A DNA stretch of 64,000 nt from Octopus vulgaris. Lineage: Eukaryota. Below are positions 54,828 through 64,000 of this stretch, one piece after another. Every line of letters starts with the position of its first letter. The first letter of the stretch is position 1. A model generated the notes under the pieces. That model did not search any database. It was not told the origin of the DNA and saw only the letters and a program-made list of their open reading frames with translations. The stretch spans positions 58,776,001 to 58,840,000 of the forward strand of contig OX597830.1 in NCBI GenBank assembly GCA_951406725.2, read 5' to 3'. A program made the position numbers and the translations under genes.

Positions 54828-54828
<1 letters not shown>
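54563..54828 (+). ncRNA. Canonical type-I hammerhead ribozyme (54691-54786) inside an inverted repeat with ~123-bp arms
   Basis: UUCCUUUCUUUC-CUGAUGA-GAAG...CUUC-GAAA-CAUAUG-UC|GAGAG-u-AAAGGAA: 12-bp stem I with one bulge and a GUC triplet at 54771-54773. Arms are 54563-54685 and 54707-54828. Confidence 0.85.
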
Positions 54829-54894
<66 letters not shown>

Positions 54895-54902
54895 ATGTGT
54901 GT

Positions 54903-54934
<32 letters not shown>

Positions 54935-55321
54935 ACATACAACATACGAATACTTACGTATACGCACATATACGCACATATATATGTACGTATGAACACG
55001 ACCGGTTTAATTGCCCGTCTAAACTCCACGTGCTATATAGTCAATACCACCGCAGTGAATATTATGACGAAGTAAATATATAAATTTATTTAAATAAGAA
55101 TAAGATCGATATTTAAAATACCGATCATACCAAGTGGCTAACAAGGGAATATAAACTTTATAGGTAATAATTATTAAAAATATAATTAAGGGTATCTAAA
55201 AATGCCACCATGCTAGAGATAGCAGTCAGAACTTGTCTCTAAAGCCATACGTGCGTGTGTAATACGTAAGTATTCGTATGTTGTATGTATATACGTTTGT
55301 AATTATGTATTAGCTGTGTAT

Positions 55322-55379
55322 ATCCCACTGATGAGGCAGAATATATTTTTATGCGAAGCCAGAAATCTAAATCTGGGAT
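55322..55379 (+). ncRNA. Type-I hammerhead ribozyme
   Basis: AUCCCA-CUGAUGA-GGC...GCC-A-GAAA-UCUAAA-UC|UGGGAU, with a perfect 6-bp stem I and an AUC triplet. Confidence 0.7.
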
Positions 55380-55538
55380 TATCCAATAATTTTTTGCTAG
55401 TATATTTATCTATTTGTCTTTTCTCCTGGTAATGTATGAATACTTGATGTGGTTTTAGAGTCAAGTTTTGACTGCCTTCTCTAGCATGATGGTGTCTTTT
55501 AGATACTCTTAATTATAATTTTATACACACACACATAA

Positions 55539-55604
<66 letters not shown>

Positions 55605-55763
55605 AATATATATATATATATATACACATACACACACACTAATTTTGTACATATATACATACACATACACACGTGCACACACATATAAACATGTTGCATA
55701 AAGTATATATATATATCTGCGTGTATGTATGTATAGATAAATATATCCATATGTACGCGTATA

Positions 55764-55817
<54 letters not shown>

Positions 55818-55837
55818 ACAAAAGAAAAACAGGATAT

Positions 55838-55897
<60 letters not shown>

Positions 55898-55960
55898 CAC
55901 ATATATATATATATGTATATGTATATATATACATATACATATATATATATATACACACAC

Positions 55961-56000
<40 letters not shown>

Positions 56001-56060
56001 GCTAGCATGGAAAGCGGACGTTAAATGATGATGATGATGATGATGATGATACACATATAT

Positions 56061-56221
56061 ATTACTGTTCTTATTGTAACTTACGTCCATCGTCCGGAAA
56101 TCTTTCGTCACACATCTGTGACCTCCTCAGTAGTACCTTCCGTCTTCGTGTGCGCTCTTACTCTTGTCGCTGCGGAGGTTACAGATGTGTGACAAAAGAT
56201 TTCGGACAATGGACATGAGTT
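56061..56221. repeat. Inverted repeat carrying two complementary, partly decayed hammerhead copies
   Basis: Minus arm: CUGAGGA-G-GUCAC(agaugu)GUGAC-GAAA-GAUU-UC-CGGAC. Plus arm: GUCG-CUGCGGA-G-GUUAC(agaugu)GUGAC-AAAA-GAUU-UC-GGAC. Confidence 0.7.
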
Positions 56222-56232
56222 ATATACCGAAG

Positions 56233-57771
56233 GTTATATACCGAAACAGTTTCTATCCCAGTCGGTCATCCCGGTTTTCAAACAGGGAAACAGATCCCTC
56301 GCAGTCAACCCTCAATCTCACTCACCTCCCACATCATTAAAGTGTTTGAAAGAGTGTTAAGATCAAGGATAGCTGACTTCCTGAAGACCCACAAACTCTT
56401 AAATGCAAATCAGCATGGCTTTCGCTGTGGCAGGGACTGTCTAACACAGCTCTTACACCACATTGAAGATGTACTCAAAGCCTTGGGAACAGGTTCGAAC
56501 TCTGACGTCATATATCTTGACTTCAGTAAAGCGTTCGACAGGGTAGGCCATAATATCCTACTCTCAAAATTGGCAAATGTTGGAATCCGTGTAAAAGTTC
56601 TACACTGGATTAAGTATTTCCTGGCGAATAGAACACAACATGTTGTAGTTGATGGACTCCACTCAAGCCCAGCAAAAGTCACCAGCGGTGTTCCCCAGGG
56701 AACTGTCTTGGGTCCGCTACTCTTCATAATTTACATAAACGACCTTTCCAGTGTCGTATATTACTGCAAAGTGAAAATATTTGCTGATGACACTAAGCTC
56801 CAGCAAATCGTCAATGAAGAAGCAGACCGAACTCAACTCCAGTCTGATCTATATGCTGTGAGTCAATGGGCAGACAGAAACAAAATGCAACTGAATGAGA
56901 GAAAATTTGAGCTGATGCATTTTGGAAGAAATTCCTCACTAAAACAGCCATACTCTCTTCCTTCAGGGGAACCGCTCACAGCCTCTAACAATATCAGAGA
57001 CCTGGGTGTAATTGTTGATGACGATCTCAGTTGGAGTGCACACATCAACAAGAAGGTCGATATAGCTCGTAGGATGAGTTCCTGGATCTTAAGAACTTTC
57101 CGGTCCAGAGAACAAGGTGTCATCATACCACTTTTCTCCTCCTTTGTACGGCCACACCTCGAATACTGCTGCCCACTGTGGTCTCCCCATACAAGACAAA
57201 ACATCTCCAGGATTGAGTCACCTCAGAGGGCACTCACTAAACGAATTGAAGGCATGGCTGCTCTCGATTATTGGGATCGCCTTAAAGCCTTGAAACTTTA
57301 CTCTCTCCAGCGTCGCCGTGAGCGGTACATCATTTGTACGATGTGGAGAATATACCGCCAATTTTGCCCAAATGACATTAACATTAGCTTCAAAGTTCAT
57401 CCAAGACTGGGACCACGGGCCATACGTCCCCTGACCAATTCAAGATCACGGCATATATGTACACTGCAACATAATTTCTTTTCCTCAACAGGCCCTGCCC
57501 TATTTAACATTGTCCCGAGGGAGATCAAAGAGGAAAAGGATCCCATCAACTTTAAACGGATTCTGGATAGATTCCTTCAAAGAATTCCAGATAAGCCACC
57601 CATAATTGGATACAACTCACCCAACAAGAACTCACTACTTGAATGGACCATAAGCAAAACTTGACTTAAACAGGATTCGAATAATCCTATCAGGTGGTGC
57701 TATTAAGTTAGACATGCCCTGGACCAATCTTTGGTCGAAACATATCTAAGTTTACCTAAGTTTATCTAAGT
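56233..57771 (+). mobile_element. 5'-truncated CR1/L2-clade LINE with an uninterrupted reverse-transcriptase ORF (56342-57664)
   Basis: NQHGFR, YLDFSKAFD, SGVPQGTVLGPLLF, IFADDTK, RDLGV and RPHLEYC motifs. Short 3' UTR with a hairpin and a tandem (CTAAGTTTA.)n tail. Confidence 0.93.
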
Positions 57772-57932
57772 TAGAAAAAGACTAGTAATAAACGAGTGAA
57801 GAACGAATATATAGTGCGTGTGTTTATTTGGTAAAAAAAAACAAAACAAGATCATCGCGAAATACGATAATATCTGTTTCAACACACGATTTCACATCAC
57901 GAATCTTGCAACACAAATTCATAAACGTGTAT

Positions 57933-58050
<118 letters not shown>

Positions 58051-59029
58051 ACATACATATATATATATATTTACATACATATATACATATAGATACACAC
58101 ACATACACACACATATATATATATGTGTGTGTGTGTGTGTAATACCACAGTCGAATGAGTTACCTGGTACAGCTACACTTGTTTCATTAAGCGTCATGGT
58201 ACAGTCAGGTATGAAGTATGCACAACATCCATAAGATTATATAATACTTTACACAACTCTCAACTTATAAAGATTATGAAATAAACGAGTGAATAGTTAC
58301 CTGTCGATTAACCAACAGGTAGAATTTCTAATCAGAATTACCAGCATTTAAGAAATGCAAAGTGGGTGGGAGAATAGTCACGAAGGTGGACAGCAGAATG
58401 AGGTTGTAAATTAAAGATTAGTTAAAAGATATTAAACTTAACAAGCTCATAAAGGCTGATACATTTGACCCTATGAAGGCATATTTGAAGACGGTTGCCG
58501 ACTGTTCTTCAAAAAAAATAATAAAAAGCACACACCATTTACTGTGTTATACTGTTTAGTACATTAAGGAGTGATATGGTCAATAAATTACTTGTTACTT
58601 ATTCATTTAATTAATTCATCTTGATTAAAGTGTTCTGTTTAATTATTGTAGAACTAACAGAATATTATTTTTGATTAAGCGGGATCCAGCTAATAATAAT
58701 TCGGGCAAAATAAATTAAATTAAACCGCAGAGATTAGCGAAGGTCTCTGCGAAATTTCAGGAGAGAAGGAAGGAAAAACGGAAGGAATAAGAAAAGAAAT
58801 GTCTTAATAATCACAGTGCCAGCAATCGCAGCCTATAAATACTTGAATAGAAACAGCATAGGATAAATTAACTAGAGACATTGATCAACTCATTGACGGG
58901 AATACACAGTGCTATGAACAAATAAATGTGTATACTTGACCAATGAAAGTAGCTTAGGCACTAATCAGTGTCAACATAAAGATATGAACTTATAAATTTA
59001 TGAATGAATGTTAGTTAAATATCCAAATT

Positions 59030-61720
59030 TAGAGAGATCAGTTACTTAGCTGCAATGGAGGTACGATTGTAAGGCTAGAAATAATATTGAAGGAAAACCA
59101 ATGCTTGAAAGAAAATACAGCCTGAAAGAGGTGTCTTCTATAGAGATGGAGGAAATTAAGATGAAGATCTTCAGTAAAGTGCAGAAAATCAGAAGGTCCT
59201 TTGAAAGAATCGTTTAATATGAGAAAAATAAGCTCGTTTGTTCAAACCAGATGCAGTTTTATAGAAATTTCAGAGGCGACATCGGAGAATGTGTGCATCC
59301 TGATCCGGAAGAAGCAACACACTTTTGGGATGATTTCTGATCTTAGCCAGTGGCTTATATTAAGGCTGTGAATGAAGAGAATCTTGACAGAATAAGCCCG
59401 AGAGTGTGAAGGGTCAGGTTAAGGGGCTATCAAACTGGAAAGAACCAGAGCTGGATCGAATCCAAAGCATCTGGATGAAAGGAGTCACGGATATACAGCG
59501 AAAGCTAGCTTTTCACCTGAGTCATTGAACTTTTGATGGTGTGGTACCAGGTTAGATGGTTGAAGGATGAAAGACATATAAAGATCCTGTGGTTACTAAT
59601 TACAGGCCTTAACTTGTAGGGAACATTCTAACGGAAACAATTGCTGAACATATGTGTACAAACACTTGGAAACGAATGACTTACTGCCTGTCCAGAAGAA
59701 AGGCTGCAGAAAACGTCACAGGGTACAAAAGGTCACCAGGCCGCTGACAAAACGGTTCTGAGGAACTGCAAAAAACGAAAAACAATTTGTCGATAGCCTG
59801 GATAGATTCCAAAAAAGCGATACGACATAGTACCGCACTCATAGATTTTGGAGTCTCTGAACATGTTTAAAATCGCCGAGAATGTACAAAATCTTAAGAG
59901 TGAAAGCATGAAAAGACTTGCTTTCCAATGTTCGAGAGTTTGGCAGGGTGACTCACTTTCTTCCTTGCTGTTCGTCATTGCGATGATTGCTTTGAGCATG
60001 GTTCTCGGGAAGATAGAGGTGGGTCACCAATTAGAAAAAGCGGGACTGGATCTTAATCACCTTCACTTTATGGATGACCTTAAACTGTTTGCAAAACCAG
60101 AAAAAGAGACCAACTCTCAAGTGCAAAGTGTTTATATAGTGAGGTCGGACATAGAGATGGAGATGGGCATCACAAAGGGTCCGACATTAGCCACATGCAG
60201 GGGAAAATCGGGGGAATAACAGTGGAATAGTGTTGCCTGATGGAGAGAGAATGGTAGAACCTAGTAGTACTGAAGTTAGACGATATAATGTCTAGAGAGA
60301 TGGGAGAGCGACTACAAAATACGTGCCTACTTTGATTGGCTGGGTGAGGTTCTGGAGAATAAGCTTAATTCCCGAAACCTTGTATGTGCCATCTACACTT
60401 GCGATATGACTGTTATTCGCTTACAATACAGCCATATTTGAATACACGCTAGAGGAAAATGGTGAATTCGACCGATATACACGGAAATCGATGGGTAAAT
60501 TCAAATCGTCTGCTTAAAAGCAAATGTAATGCACTGTACAAGGAGTAGAAACACGACGGTTGGGGTGTGATGAATGTAACAGATTAAGTTGCTGCAGAAA
60601 GTCGTCTGCTGGGTTTTTACTTGGTAAAGAGTGATGAGATTTAGCTACAATATGTCGTTAAGTGATTGGATTTGAAGAAGGAGGAGATTGAAACCCAAGA
60701 TTGGTGCAAAGAAAGCGTAGAAAAGGAGAGAGTTGAGAGTTGAAAACCAATGAACCCAGATGGAAAGCCTTAAAGGGAAGCTGAGAATATGAAGACGGAT
60801 AATTTGGGGACATGTCTAGAATTAAGAGTGTAATTGCTGCTTATTGTTGCTCACGGTCAGGCCCTTCCGAATAACTGCCTGAAGAAGTTTATCTACAAGT
60901 TAGCTGAAAGTAGCAAATGCCACTTGTGTGGGAAAGATGTAGAGAGTGCAACATATTGTCAGTATTTGTGGGATACTTGCACAACGTAAATACAAAACCC
61001 GCCATGACGAAGTGTGTCCCTGCATTCACTGGAGCCTCTCTAAGCTCTATCGATTCGAAGTTCAAGGAGCTGTTGAAAAGCTCTTAGCTTTAAGGGTGTC
61101 GCGAAAGGCCTGGTTCTTTTACAGGGCTTAGAAAAATTGAAGGGCCACTGCAACAAATGTTTAAATCTGAAAGGGGAGTATGTTGAATAAAATCATAATT
61201 AACTGATCTTCGTGTATTTTCTTTTACCCAAACCCAGGAACTTTTCAGCCCCACCCCCTCGAGTATGTGAAATGGTATGAATACAGTACAGAGAATGTCA
61301 TGGAGTACAAGAGCTAAAATTCTGTGTGACTTTAATGTTCAAACGGGCCAAGTGACTGAGTATAGACGACTGGACATTGTTATTGGTGGCCAAAGAGTCC
61401 CACAAAACTGTCATTATTGATATAGCAGGGTTCAGGTGGCCATAACATAGCAGCTGAAGAAGTCGAAAAGATGACCAGGTTTGGAAAGGATGTGGGCCAC
61501 CGATAATAAAGTCGTTCCTCAAAGTGGTAGAATCACTGGAGTCCATCCCAAAGAAATTGTCACAATTCCTTGACCATCTGAAAGTGAAATGAAATAAAAG
61601 CTGCCTCATTAGACGCTACTCTTAACCGGTGAGTGGTTCTCCGTGCCTGTACTTTTAGATCTGACGGAGAGACCTTATCAGAAAATCAAGCTAAAGTTTT
61701 GAAGCCACGAGAAACACAAT
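59030..61720 (+). mobile_element. Degenerate R4/Dong-type LINE (RT plus CCHC/RLE region), pseudogenised
   Basis: Motif remnants WIDSKK.YDIVPHS, QGDSLSSLLF, NHLHFMDDLKLFAK and CHLCGKDVE..HIVSICGILAQRKYKTRHDEVC, with many stops. Confidence 0.8.
61062..61262. mobile_element. Mariner-type MITE nested in the R4-type LINE
   Basis: Imperfect TIRs AGGAGCTGTTGAAAAGCTCTTAGCTTT / AAACCCAGGAACTTTTCAGCCCC..CCTCG. Interrupts the LINE reading frame. Confidence 0.5.
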
Positions 61721-61722
61721 GA

Positions 61723-61802
<80 letters not shown>

Positions 61803-61919
61803 GTTTCAAATTTTATTGCAGGGGCAGCAATTTTGGGGGAGGGGATTAAGTCGGTTACATCGACCCTATTGTTTAACTGGTACCTAAGTTATCGACCCCG
61901 AAATGATAAAAGTAAATCG

Positions 61920-61975
<56 letters not shown>

Positions 61976-62288
61976 TAATTTATCGACCTCGAAAGGATGA
62001 AAGGCAAAGTCGACCTCGGCGGAATTTGATCTCAGAACGTAAAGACGGACGAAATACCTATTTCTGTACTACCCACAAGGGGCTAAACACAGAGAGGATA
62101 AACAAGGACAGACAAACGGATTAAGTCGATTATATCGACCCCAGTGCGTAACAGGTACTCAATTTATCGACCCCGAAAGGATGAAAGGCAAAGTCGACCT
62201 CGGCGGAATTTGAACTCAGAATGTAACGGCAGACGAAATACGACTACGCATTTCGCCCGGCGTGCTAACCACTCTGCCAGCTCGCCGA
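61803..62288 (-). mobile_element. Family A SINE, multimeric form
   Basis: Reverse-complement homology to 11049-11446. Confidence 0.85.
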
Positions 62289-62344
62289 CTTCGCATTAAT
62301 AATATTAATAGTAACAACAATAATAATAATAATAGCAAAGAAAA

Positions 62345-62650
62345 GTAAAGCGCTATCGTCATCAAGCGAACGATATTTCGACATCTCATGTGTCTTCCAC
62401 AGGTTCAAAAAATAAAGTTGTCAATCTACTTCATTTTGGTTAATATTTATAGGATTGAGGTAACTCCTCCGGAAGATATAGAAGCAAAAAAAAAAGAAAA
62501 AAAAGAAAATAAAGAAGAGCGACACGTTTATTTTTTGAACCTGTTGAAGACACTCGAGATGTTGAAATATCGTTCACTTGATAAAAATGGCACTCTTCTT
62601 TTTTACTTCTATATCTTCTGGAGGAGTTACCTCAATCCTATAAATATTAG
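62345..62650. ncRNA. Back-to-back small repeat units, each with a hammerhead-like motif (minus 62367-62407, plus 62536-62576)
   Basis: Plus: UGAAC-CUGUUGA-A-GACA(cucgaga)UGUU-GAAA-UA-UC|GUUCA. Minus: UGAAC-CUGUGGA-A-GACA(caugaga)UGUC-GAAA-UA-UC|GUUCG. Confidence 0.7.
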
Positions 62651-62651
62651 A

Positions 62652-62887
62652 TAGTGCTCATAGGAACCGCCCATATCCAACGTAAAATACTGTCTATGTA
62701 ATCTCAAATTTTAAAACAAATACAATCTTCTTATGGTTTCTTAAACATTCTCTAGAACAACATGTACAAAACCAAATATATGGCACCTTAAGCATAACAC
62801 CAACATGAACTTCTAACTTGTCGCTTGAGGTCTCTGGGTGAGACTTGGAGCCAGCTTGTGCAAATATAAAGCAAAAGTCAAACATAC
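62652..62887 (+). mobile_element. Second R4/Dong-type family 3' end
   Basis: VLIGTAHIQRKILSM*, followed by a 3' UTR and (TAA)n. Confidence 0.6.
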
Positions 62888-62933
<46 letters not shown>

Positions 62934-62936
<3 letters not shown>

Positions 62937-63092
62937 TACTGAAAATTGCACTACTAGGCACTGCACACATCCTACGCAGAACACTTTCCATACAATAACC
63001 ATCAGAGCATCACAACAAATCACAGCACATACCCAAGGCACACAGAGCTGCGCTCGGTAGTGAAGTGAAAGCACGCTATAAAAATAAAACAA

Positions 63093-63126
<34 letters not shown>

Positions 63127-63680
63127 GCTCTGATGCAGTGACAGGCAGTGGCTCTCATGGCTTCTGATCTTAACTGATTGGAAGTGTTATCATGTACATT
63201 GTTTTGTCTTGGTATAAAAGATGGGCTACAGCAAATATTCTGCTCAATACCACAGATTTGCTTGTCAGTTGTTTGGCCTTAACCAGTTGAGCATGTCCCT
63301 TACTGGCTGACGATATGTGCATCTCTGATCACGAGCAGAAGTAGTGGGGGAGCATCATAGCCATGTGTTGAGAGGGATTATTTGGGGTTTAAATAATTCA
63401 CCTCTGGAAACATGGGTGTTTCATTTAACATCCTTAAATAACCCTTATTCAAGGACCTTTTGAGTGGGATGGGTTACTCGACCAGAAGAAAATTCTAACT
63501 GGGCCCCACCTGCAAGGTCATGTGCTGTTTATCTTGATATGAGATCACCATATCGCGCACATATGGTTGTGATGCATGTGCCTGGTGTACCCTTATCAGA
63601 CGGGTAGTCATGATGGGTATACTGGGCTTCGTATATTTTACCCCAGTGTCACTTTGATGGCATGCAATGCTCTCTCACTC
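62934..63680 (+). mobile_element. R4/Dong-type 3' end plus a 550-bp companion segment in (TAA)n
   Basis: Near-identical to 31150-32100 and in the same order. Confidence 0.75.
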
Positions 63681-63762
<82 letters not shown>

Positions 63763-64000
63763 CCTTTTTAAAACAAATGCAAGCAGTTTCGTCCAATGCT
63801 CTACATCATTTACAGTTAATCAAAGTAATGTCTCTAAGGGGAGAGAAAATCGATGAGCATAAAATAATTCAAGAACGGAATCTCGGAATAAGTATCGCAA
63901 TTAGGTCTGAAGCAAAAGTTTCAAAACAAAAGAGTTGAGAGTTGATTCAGTTTGCAACAATGTTCAATAAAATTTAGAACACTTTACGGCCTCTATTGGA

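Overview
AT-rich, microsatellite-dense eukaryotic DNA. The SINE and repeat families resemble those I associate with Octopus (cephalopod) genomes; this is an inference, not a database result. I recognise one host coding exon: the cystine-knot exon of a sclerostin/SOSTDC1-like secreted protein (minus strand, 3893-4317). Its upstream exon was not located. The rest is mostly mobile-element debris: three tRNA-derived SINE families, CR1/L2, RTE and R4/Dong-type LINE fragments, a full-length inactivated mariner, a Tc1/mariner remnant, hAT MITEs, non-autonomous Helitrons and long (CATA)n tracts. Almost all supplied ORFs are microsatellite artefacts. Two unannotated signals stand out. (1) At least 12 type-I hammerhead ribozyme motifs occur in several unrelated short non-coding repeat families. 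Many sit inside fold-back inverted repeats or permuted tandem units of the Penelope pLTR/retrozyme kind, and some share a recurrent A6U core variant. (2) A 2-kb ORF1-only retroelement (CCHC zinc knuckle, no reverse transcriptase) is inserted with a 12-bp target-site duplication into the tRNA head of a SINE.
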